From contig OY740810.1 of NCBI GenBank assembly GCA_963514005.1, positions 20,088,001-20,152,000 on the forward strand: a stretch of DNA of 64,000 nt. The letters are read 5' to 3'. Under the pieces are notes generated by a model. The model ran no database searches, was not told the DNA's origin, and saw only the letters and a program-made list of their open reading frames with translations. The translations under genes were made by a program, and so were the position numbers. The stretch is from Raja brachyura. Lineage: Eukaryota. Positions 22,572 to 36,349 of this stretch are shown here, piece by piece (the stretch's first letter is position 1; each line of letters begins with the position of its first letter).

Positions 22572-24642
22572 CACATATTTGTTCCCAAACAGCAGAACCA
22601 ATCTTCCCCCTCTCTTCACTTTTAGCAATTGTTCTTTCTTATTGATCCTATGTGCTTTCGATGCTATTTATTGCAATACTGTAGAGGTATGGTTATCATA
22701 TCAAGTAACTTTAGTGTATTTTTCAACTTTCATACAAAATCATCTGCAAAAACAGAATCTACTTGTTACCTGGGAAGTCGAGATAATAGGAATCCTTAAT
22801 TACATTTCATTTTTTTACCTACTGTCATCGGAAACATCTGACATGAATTCCTCCTGTACCATCAATAGTTTGATTTTATTGTCACAGCCACAAAGCAGAA
22901 AACAAGGGCCTCCAGTACACCGAGTTCATGCTTGACCATCAGCCTCATATTTACACGAATCTTACACCAACTAAAATTCTTATTCTCCCCAAATTCCTAT
23001 CAACCTCTTCAGATTCTACCACTCGCCTACACATTGAGTCAATGTACAGTGGCCAAGAAACCTACCAACCCACTCATCTTTTATGTGGGAAGAAATTGTG
23101 AGCACTTGGAAGACCAATGCAGTCACAGGGAGTGTGTGAAAACTCCATATAGGCACCCCAGTGGTCCAGACTGAACTCGGGTTATTGGAGCTGTGAGGCA
23201 GCTGTTTTCAGAGACAAGCCTCTGTGCCATACAATAAAAATTAAAACTTTTGACTACTTTACAAAGTATGGATTGTTTTGTCTGAAGGACTGAAGAAAAG
23301 GTAGATACAATACATGAGGAAGTATATTTAGGAAATGGAAATGTGTAAAATAATGAACAGCATACAGTGGGATCATAGATTTTACATCCAAAGATCACTA
23401 AAGGTGCCAACTAGGGAAGATGAAGAATCCACATGGGATTCTTACTAAAACTTTCATTAGATTCCCATCAGTTCAAACAGAGGCGCAGTCAAAATGGCAA
23501 CTGTTTTTCTTTTCAGTTGCTGCCCGGCTTGCTGAGATTTTCTAGCATTTTGGTTTTGTTCTGCATGTGATATCTGTCTTTGCTGACCAAGTGGATGTGT
23601 AATTACATGAAGTATCAGTCCGGCCAATGACAAGGATATAATGCATCATGCGGATTACAAATTTATACAATGCACATGCCAAGAAAGGAGAGGAGCACAG
23701 GAGATTCACAAGGATGTTGCCGTGTTAGACTTATAGTTCTGGAACAATTATGAATTGGCTGGATTTGTTTTCTTTGGAAGAAGACCATGGGAAGATTTAT
23801 TCCAGACTTCTGAAGTGGAATAAGTCAAGACAAACAGGAAGGCCCATTCCTCCAGCCACAGAGTTCTATAACCAGAGGGAATATATTGAACATTTATCAT
23901 AAAAAGATTTGGAAGAGAGAATCAGAAAATGTTTTCTCCAAGTGGTCACAGCCAAGAACTGAAAGAACAGCAAAGCCAGAAACGTGAAAAAATTTAAGGA
24001 TTGTGACCTCATTATAACATTTGTGTTGGTGAAAAACCTACGTTAAGTAAAATAAACATTTAACCATATGTTGCATTTTCAAACTAAATAGCATAGTGCA
24101 CACTGATTTCATTGTCCCTAAGTGTGCCATTTGCCATAATCTACAAGACTATGAGCCAATAGCTAGTATGTGTGAATAATCAAAATTGACCCCACCCCCC
24201 TCCAAAAATGGACACGAGAGGCTGAATGGTGTTCTCAGAAAACTTAGGACAACACTCACTACATCTAATAGAAAGATGCAATTGACAATGTTAATAAAGG
24301 CGGTTTCTACTATATCCCGAGGGACTGGAATTTTAAATGGAAAGCTAAAAAAATGTAACAACAAAGTCAGGCTTTAAAGACAGAAAAAGCATGATGATGT
24401 AAATAATAACCACTGTTTATTTCTCAAATCCAATCTACATTCACAACATTTTACTCAACAATTTGGTGCATGCTGCCTCATCATTGTAGATTCATATTTA
24501 GTCCACTACCTCAAATAAAAACATAAACCACTAATGTTTTCTCCCATTTGGAAATTTAATCTTGCAGTGTTAAGTAAGTGCTAATGATACCAAGACATAA
24601 ACCATGTTACACTATCAACACAACCAATTTTCCTCCATCTTA

Positions 24643-24765
<123 letters not shown>

Positions 24766-25834
24766 TTAAGCAATAAATGTCCAAACAAAATGCTGAATAA
24801 AAAGCAGTGCAGCAGACTTGATTGACTATGCTGACTTTTACCATCTTTGAGCTCACTTCACTCAATACTTGGTAATCAAAAGATCAATAGGTGGCAGAAA
24901 CAAGGAACTGCAGATGCCGGTTTACATAAAAGGACACGGTGCTGGTGTAACTCAGCGTTTCAGGCAGCATCCCAGGAGGAAAAAAAAAAGTTGTTTCTAG
25001 GGAAGTTACACAAAAATGGAATATTCAATGTTCATAGTGGTGGATTGTATGGTTCCTAAGCAGAATACGAGGTGCTGTTCCTCCAGTTTGCATGTGTCTA
25101 GTAATGAAATAAGCCGAGGACAGAAAGGTTAGTATAGCAAAGTGAATTATAATGGTTAATAACCATGCGATCCAGCAGGCTTTGGCGGACAGAGCGGCAA
25201 ACGATTCGGGGAAACGGATGCTGAGTTTACACCCGGTCTCGCCGACGATAAAACAGCCAAATCGAGAACATTGAAGGCAGTAGGTGAGGTTATAGAAGGT
25301 GCACAGAAATCTGTCTCACCCGGAAGGACTGCTGGCTTGTGGATGGATGAGGGAGGAGGTATAGGGTCAGGTGTTACTGCTACTGTTGTTGCAGCTTCTT
25401 CCCCACTCACCGTAGGGCCTGAAGAAGGTCCCCGATCTGAAACATCACCTATCCATGTTGCCATGAGATTCTGCCTGTCCCGCCAAGTTGCGCACTTTGC
25501 GCCTTTTGTAAACTGGCATCTGCAGTTCCTTGTATCTCATGGACTTAATGGTAAGTTATTTGGAGAAAATTACCAGCATGGATTTGATAAGTCAAATGAA
25601 ATTACCTCTCAATGCTACATGCATTTAATCAATAATGTTAAACATTGTACCATTTGGAATGTCTCATGTGGGCTATCAACAAACATTCCCAACTTTTTCT
25701 GCAGTCACAAATTATTATCACTATTCACATGTGTTAACTGACAAAGCTTCACCTAAAAGGTCAATCATCAGAATCAAAACCTTGTCCATATATCAGCAAA
25801 CAAGTTGACCTCAGAGGACACAGAAGAGAAGCTA

Positions 25835-25993
<159 letters not shown>

Positions 25994-27499
25994 CTAAAAT
26001 AGAATTAAAATGAAAAAAAAAGCATGTAGATATTAGGTTTTAAAATTAGCACTTGAGTCACCCAATGTAAGAGATGGTTCTCTGGTTAACATACCTGTGC
26101 TTCAAGATTAACCGATTTGGTTGGGCATAAAAACAAGCACTTTTCTCAGTTCAAGCCAGTTTTCCAACAATATTTCCAAGCTGTTCCCAACTAACCACAG
26201 TGTTTTCATTTAGCTTTCATTTACTAGCTGCCTAATGTGACCAAAATGCAGAATCTTCAACTGGAATTCACAGGAAAGCACAAGGCTCCTGCTTTAATGC
26301 CATATTCAGAACTTGCTATGCAGATAACTCCAAAACCACTTTAAATAGACTGATTTTCAGGCTCACAAGACCTACTCACCCCGTGTCATACCAAGTGTAA
26401 CTTCATCTTTTTTTAAATTGTGCTGAGTTTACTAACCTCTGGGCATCAACTAATGCAGTACTATTAGATACAACTATCACATTGATCAGTCTTGGAAGGG
26501 ACAGAATGTGGGTCGGTCATCCAACTCAACCCTATATTTTTCACTTTGGAAGCCTGTGGCAAATGAGATGGCTCCAGGACCCCATTTATACATGAAGTGT
26601 GTCAAGATAGGGAAGGTAGTATAGGTGCACCCTCACAGCACCAGAGACCTGGGTTTGATCCTGACCTTGGGTTTTGTCTGTGTGGAGTTTGCAGGTTCTC
26701 CCTGTGACCGTGTGGGTTTTACTGGGTATCTCGCCTCTGAAAGATTATATTTTAAATATTTAATCGAATCATCTTTTCTGGTGCTAACTTAACAATACAA
26801 TTTCTATTCCAAGTCATTATTGATCCTCCTAACCAAACCATCCCCTGAACAGTTTGTGATAATCCTTTACACTATAACCAGTTTAAAGAATAAGAAAACA
26901 TTGGAATTATTCAATAGGTCCAGCATCACTGCAGAAACTGAGCTAATGCCTCAAAATGAATATTGACAGATTAAATATTGTTTCTTTCTCCACTGAGCAA
27001 GGTGCTCATGCATATACAGCATTTTCTAATTTTATTTCTGAGCATTTGCAAACCTTCCTTTAATCAAAAATCTGTTGAAACTGGGAAACATAAATCTTTA
27101 TTGTTACAAAACAAAACAAGTAACATTAAGCTAAATTGTGGCGAGGAAGGCAAGAAGAACATGCAAGGATGGCGGGTTGACAACATTTTAAGATTCTGCT
27201 GACAGCGTCCCGCATCATTCTGCCCGATACATCCATGGAATTTATTTGTGCGAAAGCACCACGGGGCATGGTGCAGTGGGTGTGAAGAGCCGATGGCACA
27301 GGAGGCTTGAACCGAGCCGAGCGCCAGCCACAGGAGCAGAGCAGAGCCCGGGGCCTACATCTTAGTCCCGGGGCATCACTGGGATCCATCCACCCCCACC
27401 CTACAATATCGGCGCTATAAATCAGCCCGGGCGTGTGGAGAGCTGATGGAGACCAGCAGTTGGCGGCCGTGGACCGGCGGGATGAGGATGGACGCAGAT

Positions 27500-27610
27500 T
27501 GCCCGGCGCGCCGCCATGTCAGCGCCGCACTCACCATTTTCACAGCGCGCTCGAAAGACCGGAAATGAGCCTCCGACAACTTCTTATACTCTGATGCCGG
27601 AAGCGATTTG
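27500..27610 (-). promoter_or_regulatory. RPL37: RPL37 CpG-island promoter with TCT/5'TOP start
   Basis: TCTTTC TCT-like initiator near 27557, TATAAG about 30 bp upstream (27583-27588), CCGGAA ETS/GABP sites, and a YY1-type CGCCAT at the start of intron 1. Confidence 0.75.
27535..27537 (-). CDS. RPL37: 60S ribosomal protein L37, exon 1 (ATG only)
   Basis: ATG|GTGAGT. The spliced CDS is 3+136+85+70 = 294 nt = 97 aa + stop, the standard eL37 length. Confidence 0.93.
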
Positions 27611-29238
27611 TTGCTGACCTTAGTCCCACCTTCAAATCTGTTGCGGAACAACTGATGCCAACTAATAGTTCCGACCTTCGCCGGTCCTCCTCAAGAAAAC
27701 ATACGCGGCCCTGCGAGTGCAAATATAACAGCAAGTTTGTAAACCCGCAGAACATTTTTTTTCAGTTGACATACGGAACTGGAGAGAGCGAACTTCGTAA
27801 AGCCCCCTCCCTCGCGTGCTTCCAAAACAAGGAGAGAGAGAGAGAGAGAGAGAGAGAGAATCTATGTACTGCTTTGCCACCAAGGGGACAAGGCTGACAT
27901 TGATATCTTAACATAGAAAATAGGTGCAGGAGGATGCCATTCGGCCCTTCGAGCCAGCACCGCCATTCATTGTTGTGAGATATAAAAAATCACAAACGCT
28001 GTTTGAGACAAAGTCAGCAAAGAAGCTTTTATTAAGATAATATTCTGCTGAATATGTGCCTCTGCTTTGCTGTCCCCTAGAGGCACACCAAAGTCAGGAA
28101 AGTAAAGCCCCTTTATACACACAATTCTGCTGGCATAACCTCCCCTCTGACTCTTCCCAATCAGAGCACTGAGGTGCACAATCTATAGGTACGTCCCCCA
28201 GTACCTCCCACATCATACATTGCATGTTCATGTTCATGGTAATGAGCAGTTTCTTGACCAGGGTGTGGAAGTAATATTCACTTATTTCATTAAGCATACT
28301 CAGTTGGTATTGACCTGGCCTAGTTTCTTGTATTTTAATTGAAAAGCTAGTATCTGGTGATTATGGCCGCAGCCCCCATCTCTGTCTGCCGCTGTACAAT
28401 GCTATCAGTGGTGCTCAAGGACGATGCTGGTTACCTCATTCACAACAATGTTAGAATCCTCGGCCGGACCTTCACAACAGTGGGGGTTTAATCACTCTAT
28501 TTCTCACAATCCTCCCTTTTTCTTTTGCTACGCAAGATTAATGCAAATCTGACAGTAGAGACAGCTCAGCTCAAAATGATTGGCAACCAGGAGATTGTGT
28601 AGGCCAAGGCGCACTGAGCCAGAGTGTTCACCAAAACAATCGCCCAGTCTGCCCTTGGTCTTGCCGCTAAGTAGACCCGCTGGCTTCTTCCAACAGTTTT
28701 TTTACTATACACCTCAATTTAACCGCATAATATCCTTATCCACTGAGCTTGTAGAACTGGCCTCCTGAAACACTGATTGCCTGAAGAGAAAGAGAACCAA
28801 GTTTTGATAATTTATGAAAAGTGAATGGCTAAGAAGTCAATTGATAACAGCAACTTTGATTATACAGTACCCCACTTTAATTGTGTAAACCCACACTATT
28901 AATGAATGAAAAATCTTTATACATGAATAAAACACAACTGTACATTATAGCATGGAGACAAAGGGGACTGCAGAGGTCATAATCTGGAGCAAAAAACAAA
29001 CTGCTGGAGAAACTCAGCAGATCGGATAGCATCTTTGGCGGAACAGCAATGGTTGATTTTTCAGGTCCACCCTCTAATACAAGATTTTGACCTGAAACGT
29101 CAACAATTTATTTCCCCACAGATACTGCTTGACCCACTGACTTCCACCAGAAGTTTATTTTTTTGCTCCGTATTATGACATATGGCTTGAAAAGTGCTGC
29201 CATGAATCTTCAAGAATCTCCACAGTTGCTAGGACATT

Positions 29239-29678
29239 ATAGAAACATAGAAAATAGGTGCAGGAGTAGGCCATTCGGCCCTTCGAGCCTGCACCGCCAT
29301 TCAATGTGATCATGGCTGATCATCCAACTCAGTATCCTGCACCTGCCTTCTCTCCATACCCCCTGATCCCTTTAGCCACAAGTGCCACATCTAACGCCCT
29401 CTTAAATATAGCCAATGAACTGGCCTCAACTACCTTCTGTGGCAGAGAATTCCAGAGACTCACGACTCTCTGTGTAAAGAATGTTTTCCTCATTTCGGTC
29501 CTAAAGGAATTCCCCCTTATCCTTAGACTGTGACCCCTTGTTCTGGACTCCCCCAACATCGGGAACAATCTTCCAGCATCTAGCTTGTCCAACCCCTTAA
29601 GAATTTTGTAAGTTTCTATAAGATCCCCCCTCAATCTTCTAAATTCCAGCGAGTACAAGCCGAGTCTATCCAATCTTT
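29239..29678 (-). mobile_element. CR1 LINE 3' fragment
   Basis: [39 protein letters not shown]2 C-terminus with a TTTCTATG-type tail. Confidence 0.9.
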
Positions 29679-31059
29679 CGCAAGTTAATGGAAAAGATAC
29701 TTAGAGATAATATATATAAGTATCTGGATAAAGAGGGTCTAATTAGGAACAGTCAACATGGATTTATGCCTGGAAGGTCATGTTTGACTAATCTTCTTGA
29801 ATTTTTTGAAGAGGTTACTAGGGAAATTGACGAGGGTAAAGCAGTGGATGTTGTCTATATAGACTTCAGTAAGGCCTTTGACAAGGTTCCTCATGGAAGG
29901 TTGGTTAAGAAGGTTCAACTGTTGGGTATAAATGCAGGAATAGCAAGATGGATTCAACAGTGGCTGAATGGGAGAAGCCAGAGGGTAATGGTGGATGGCT
30001 GTTTGTCGGGTTGGAGGCAGGTGACTAGTGGGGTGCCTCAGGGATCTGTGTTGGGTCCTTTGTTGTTTGTCATGTACATCAATGATCTGGATGAAGGGGT
30101 GGTAAATTGGATTAGTAAGTATGCAGATGATACCAAGATAGGGGGTGTTGTGGATAATGAAGAGGATTTCCAAAGTCTACAGAGTGATTTAGGCCAGTTG
30201 GAAAAATGGGCTGAAAGGTGGCAGATGGAGTTTAATGCTGATAAATGTGAGGTGCTACACCTTGGCAGGACAAATCAAAATAGGACGTACATGGTAAACG
30301 GTAGGGAATTAAAGAATACAGTTGAACAGAGGGATCTGGGAATAACCGTGCATAGTTCCTTGAAGGTAGAATCTCATATAGATAGGGTGGTAAAGAAAGC
30401 TTTTGTATGCTAGCCTTTATAAATCAGAGCATTGAGTATAGAAGCTGGGATGTAATGTTAAAATTGTACAAGGCGTTGGTGAGACCAAATCTGGAGTATG
30501 GTGTACAATTTTGGTCGCCCAATTATAGGAAGGATGTCAACAAAATAGAGAGGGTACAGAGGAGATTTACTAGAATGTTGCCTGGGTTTCAACAGCTAAG
30601 TTACAGAGATAGGTTGAATAAGTTAGGTCTTTATTCTCTGGAGCGCAGAAGGTTAAGGGGGGACTTGATAGAGGTCTTTAAAATGATGAGAGGGATAGAC
30701 AGAGTTAATGTGGACAAGCTTTTCCCTTTGAGAATAGGGAAGATTCGAACAAGAGGACATGACTTTAGAATTAAGGGACAGAGGTTTAGGGGTAACATGA
30801 GGGGGAACTTCTTTACTCAGAGAGTGGTAGCGGTGTGGAATGAGCTTCCAGTGGAAGTGGTGGCGGCAGGTTCGTTGGTATCATTTAAAAATAAATTGGA
30901 TAGGAATATGGATGAGAAGGGTATGGAGGGTTATGGTATGAGTGCAGGCAGGTGGGACTAAGGGAAAAAAGTTGTTCGGCACGGACTTGAAGGGCCGAGA
31001 TGGCCTGTTTCCATGCTGTAATTGTTATATGGTTATATGGTTATATGGTTATATGGTTA
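29679..31059 (+). mobile_element. CR1 LINE, RT domain to 3' tail (one frameshift near 30407)
   Basis: QHGF..GRSCLTNL, DFSKAFDKV, SGVPQGSVLGP and YADD motifs; (ATATGGTT)n tail. Confidence 0.93.
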
Positions 31060-31099
31060 CGCATTTATTGATTAAACCCTAATTTCAAGCTCCGTCAGT

Positions 31100-34000
31100 T
31101 CTAATTGAAGTAACATTCTCCTAATCTCCTTCTCCTGTGGATCCTGAACCTTCCCCGGTCGCATTATCATTATTTTCTGTGCTATGCCTTTTTCTCCCAT
31201 AAGTACTACTACAGCCTGCATCTGACATACTCCTTGTAATAAGTTCCCTAAAACAAGGGATACAACAGGGGATAAATATCAGCCCAGCCAATGCAGATAG
31301 AAACACAAGTCCGGCCGTTCTCCACCATGTTCCTCCGAGGATGGAATCCCACCATCCGATAACCACAATCGAATCCCACTTTCATGTGCCAACTTCCGGA
31401 TTCCTTCTGATATGTCCATTACTGCCTGTCCATTGTCATCGATATTTAGGCAGCAAGCTTTTAATTCTGTAACAGAACGAGATACTGCCAGTAAATAGTT
31501 CCTTAAGAATACATCACTGCCCTCCATGGTGAGTATTCCTTCTATCTTTCCCAAATAAGGTAACCCAAACAACATTTCATTGGGGGATACTGCTAACTTT
31601 GCATGGGGTTGCCGTTGCTTTTCTCAAAGCCTTTCTGTTTCCCTACTGTTCCAAACATGTGCCAGACTCCATGTACACATGCTGCTCTTAAAGCCTTAAT
31701 TTCTGCCAACTGAGCTAAGCAAGATTGCAGGCAAGCTTCCAATTTGATTACCTTAAAGTCTAATTCATCCTGATGCATCACTTCAAACCCTGCATACTTG
31801 CTATTGTGATCCCTTTAACAAGAAACATCCACAAGCAAAACCTTTTGTCCCCTTCATTCAAAGGCTCTGACTGTAAAACATTTCTCAGACTTGTGTGTCC
31901 TTCTTCCTTCATTATTTTCCTTAATGGCATCACAATTTCAACATACTTTCCAATCTAGTCTGAACTATATCCTGCCAGTCCCAAGATCATCATCATCTGT
32001 CCTACTGTCTGAGGTTTGGGAACTTCAATTATCGCTTCAATTTGATCCTGCGCTATAGCTTTTACTTCTTTAGATATTACTTGTCCAAAATATTCTACCT
32101 GCTGCTGACAAAACAACAACTTCTTCCTTGATACTTTATGACCTCCTATGCCATCTTTTCCAAGATAATTACAATGTCTCTCTCACATTGCTTCTCCCTT
32201 GTGGAACAAACCAACAAATCATCCACATACTATATCAACACCTTCCAAATCTGCCTATAACATCTGATTAAAAACATGGGGCTAGTATTTAAAACCCTGC
32301 TGCATCCCAGCCTAGGTGTCTTTAATACCTCTTCTTAATGTTCTTACCATAGCTGTGTTCACCACTATCTTAATTTTTTTTTTTTCCTGATTACCATACC
32401 TGTTTGCATCCCCAACACATCTTATCCATTACCTGTCTCCTTACTAGCCTTTCTTGACCTCCTTCTTGAGATCCCTCCCTCCCTTGGGGACCCCAGTCCT
32501 GTCTGGGCTTATATCCAGATTTATTTCACTCCTGATAGGGCATTTGAGGAAATACTTTCCCAAATACATTTATTATTGGCATGGAATTCTCTGGCCCCTG
32601 TTTGGCTCTGTCATAGGACTCACTGTGTGTCGGTGCATCACTTATTTCAGACTTTTCAACCAGGTCTGTTGTTACTGACAACATTGTCTTTCCTTTTTCA
32701 CGCTCTTTCTTTTTGAGCTCTTCAAGTTACATTTGCATCATTTTTCTCTGCACCTCTTCCTGCTGGTCTGCAAGTCTTTTTCCTATCTTTGCGATATTTC
32801 TCAACCTCATTGACTAAATGATCACTGAATCAGGGTGGGAAATAGATGACAATCCCACCACCTCCTCCAATCTAGACTTGACTTTAGAAGGAATGACATC
32901 CACCACAGTGGTTCAGAATATAGTGTTCATTAACTGGTTGCCTTCTATTTCTTGTTCAGTTTCCAGTCTCCACCTTTTCAGCTTGTTCTCCAGATAGGCT
33001 GCTGGATTATTGTCTGAGGGCCTGCCATACCCTCTGCCTGACTGTGTCAAACAGCGTGCCATTGTTTATTGCATTGTTCACAGCATTTTATACCAGCCAT
33101 CTTCAGGAGTTCAGTCAGTTTAGTGGTTCCTATCACTTTCACCAACAGTGCCTTCAAATCTCCCATAGCCAATAATCGTTCCACGTTCTCCTCCTCCAAA
33201 GCCATAATCCATTTCCTGCCCCATCAGGAATATTGGGCAAGGTATTTTTTAGCCCTCTCAGTTTATGGGTGCCCCAAAGGATAATCTGTGTCTGGCCTGC
33301 TCTTATCTTTTTAAAGCAGTCTCATCAATTTATCCCTTTGTTTCCCACTTTAATACTTTCTGATATGCCTTCTTTCTCATTCTAAACTCAATTTCTTACT
33401 TCTCAGATAGTTTACCCTCCTTTGCAAATGTATTCACCTTTCTTTTAAAAGCTTCCACTGACTCCTCCTGATTTATTACTTTTACACCTGTCGTTTCGTA
33501 CTTCTGTTACCTCCTCACTGCCTTTCTCTCCTTTCCTCTCTATACTGCTTAAGTACATCTAATTCCTTTCCTCTCCCCTTTTCCCACCTTTCCAACTTAT
33601 CTATGACATATAATTCGTAATTAACACTTCCATCTTGTCACACATTTATCTTGAAAGTGCCTTCCTTGGGCCACTTCCTCACAACTGTTTCTGAAAATCT
33701 CAGCAAACAATCATTACCCTTCTCCAACCAGAATGTTTATCGAAACAAACCAAAAGCTGGTCATGTTTCAGCAATTAACTTATTTCCAATTATTTCAATC
33801 CATTCTCACGACTAATTTTAAATTTCCAATTCCTAGTGCTAGTAACAATTTTCCAAATTAACTTTACTGAAAAGAAATCTATAGAAACATAAGCAAAACC
33901 AAGCAACCTACATTTTCCAACTTTCCCCTTTTAAGTTGCGATGTTACAAAGCGTTGTTCGTTACCTTACAGCTGTTCGTAACCTCCCTCATTGCTTACAA

Positions 34001-35395
34001 TTTCTTAAAGGAACACACACACACACACACACACCCCTTACAGCATGTGGTCTACAACAAACAAAAGACTTATCACATACATGAACTTCCTCATTCATTT
34101 AAAACCGGTTTTTACACACAAATCACATTCGTTCCATTCTTACTTCAAAGAAATTATGCAATTTTCTACACAGATTAAAGTTTCAAAATTAACATTTATA
34201 TAATTCTTATCTCCCCTTTTAAGTTAAAGTAGGATGGTCTAATCCCCTATCAGTCAGGTTCCTGAGCGCTGTGATTGGACGACTGATTCCTGGATGTCAG
34301 GAATTTCAAATGAGGAAAGACTGGATAGAACTCGGCTTGTACTCGCTGGAATTTAGAAGATTGAGGGGGGAATCTTATAGAAACTTACAAATTCTTAAGG
34401 GGTTGGACCAGCTAGATGCTGGAAGATTGTCCCGATTTGGGGGAGTCCAGACAAAGGGGTCACTGTCTAAGGAAAAGGGGAATTCCTTTAGGACCGAGAT
34501 GAGGAAAACATTCTTTACACAGAGAGTGGTGAGTCTCTGGAATTCTCTGCCACAGAAGGTAGTTGAGGCCAGTTCATTGGATATATTTAAGAGGGCGTTA
34601 GATATGGCACTTGTGGCTAAAGGGATCAGGGGGTATGGAGAGAAGGCAGATATGGGATACTGAGTTGGATGATCAGCCATGATCACATTGAATGGCGGTG
34701 CAGGCTCGAAGGGCCAAATGGCCTACTCCTGCACCTATTTTTCTATGTTTCTATGACATTGATTCAGATAATGATTAGTCAGATTCACCGTCACTCAAAT
34801 TCTAACCACGCCCACTAAGATCACAACCAATCAAAAATCCTAGTCACTCAACATCTGACCACACCCCACTCCCATTAATCTCCAAACAAAGAAGCACATT
34901 TTGTCTTGATCTCTCAGCAGAGAGAATGCAGCAAATTTACCTCCACAAACAGTCAAGAAACTCAGTCCTTACACCTCCCTGTCCTCGTAGTCACTATATT
35001 ACATTATTCTTATTGCAATTCTACTTTCTGCTATTCTACAATATTTTAGCACTGTGTACTCTGTTTCTGTTACCCACTTACTCTAAATCCGTATTTTGCC
35101 CTTGCAAACCCCTGACCTCTCAGGGTTCGACAAAATACTTTATTCTGCCCGTTCAAACCCCTGACGTCTCAGGGTGGTATCCACAGAATACTTTCCTCGT
35201 CCATGCAAACCCCTGACCTCTCAGGGTGGTATCCACGAGGAGTTAAACTGCCTCTCTCATCCTTTAATAGTTATATCCCGCTTCCCATACTGCGGCATAC
35301 TTGATCTCTTCTATTATTGGATTGGGTTCATTTTTCACATATTCATTCAATGCCTGTTGTACCCAATCCTCATCTGACCCATCCTCTGGCCACCA
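31100..35395 (-). mobile_element. Decayed endogenous retrovirus (leader-gag-pol-env remnants)
   Basis: PBS-like TGGTGGCCAGAGGATGG (about 35379-35395); gag WPKEGTF; RT YVDDLL (about 32220); RNase H AQLAEIKAL; env TM CCLNIDDNG..IRKLAH plus membrane anchor; a purine tract followed by TG near 31115. Confidence 0.85.
34270..34755 (+). mobile_element. CR1 LINE 3' fragment inserted in the ERV leader
   Basis: Same subfamily as 29239-29678 in the opposite orientation; ends with a TTTCTATG tail. Confidence 0.88.
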
Positions 35396-35454
35396 GACCG
35401 AAGCTCTTTTATCGGGTGTTTTGGCCATTTAAAATAACACTACCTTATCATTGT

Positions 35455-36345
35455 TAAAGAAGGAACTGCAGATGCTGGAGAATCGAGGGTTACACAAAAA
35501 GCTGGAGAAACTCAGCGGGTGCAGCAGCATCTAAGGAGCGAAGGAGATAGGCGACGTTTCGGGTCGAGACCTTCTTCAGACTGGTCAGGGATCAGGGAAA
35601 CGAGAGATATAAACAGTGATGTGGAGAGATAAGGAACAATGAGTGAAAGATATGCAAAAAAGTATTGGTGATAAAGGAAGCAGGCCATTGTAAGATGTTT
35701 GTGGTGTGAAATTGAGAAGCTAGTGCGACTGGGGGGGGGGGGGGGGGGGGGGGGGGGAGATGGAGAAGGAATGTCAAGGCCAGAGGGCTGAGGGAGAGAT
35801 GGGGGGGGTGGCAGTCTGGGTTAACAGAATTGAGAAAATTCAATGTTTAAGCCCAGAGGATGCAGACTCCCCAAGCGGAATATGAGGTGCTGTTCCTCCA
35901 ACTTGCGGTGTTGATCACTCTGGCCGTGGAGGAGGCCCAGGACCGAGAGGTCGGATACGCAGTGGGAGGGGGAGTTGAAGTGCTGAGCCACCGGGAGGTC
36001 GGGTTGGTTATTGCGGACCGAGCGGAGGTGTTCGGCGAAACGATCGCCCAGCCTCCGCTTGGTCTCACCGATGTAGATCAGCTGGCATCTGGAGCAACGG
36101 ATGCAGTAGATGAGGTTGGAGGAGGTGCAGGTGAACCTCTGTCGGACTTGGAATGACTGCTTGGGTCCCTGAAAGGAGTGGATGGGGGAGGTGAAGGGAC
36201 AAGTGTAGCATCTCTTGCGGTTGCAAGGGAAAGTGCCCGGGGAAGGAGTGGAGCGGGAGGGAAGGGAAGAATTGACGAGGGAGTTGCGGAGAGAGCGGTC
36301 TTTGCGGAAGGCAGACAGGGGGGGAGATGGGAAGATGTGGCGAGT
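35455..36345 (-). mobile_element. Penelope-like element 3' part: Zn-knuckle + GIY-YIG endonuclease + hammerhead-like terminal repeat
   Basis: Minus frame PCNRKRCYTC..SNLIYCIRCSRCQLIYIGETKRRLGDRFAEH..VAQHFN..RKLEEQHLIFRLGSLHPLGLN, stop at 35821. It is followed by CTGAAGA..GAAACGTC at about 35555-35580. Confidence 0.92.
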
Positions 36346-36349
36346 GGAG

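Noticed and set aside
27970-28330. Possible LTR of the ERV (TATA and AATAAA on the minus strand)
   Set aside because: No matching second copy next to the PBS or the polypurine tract.
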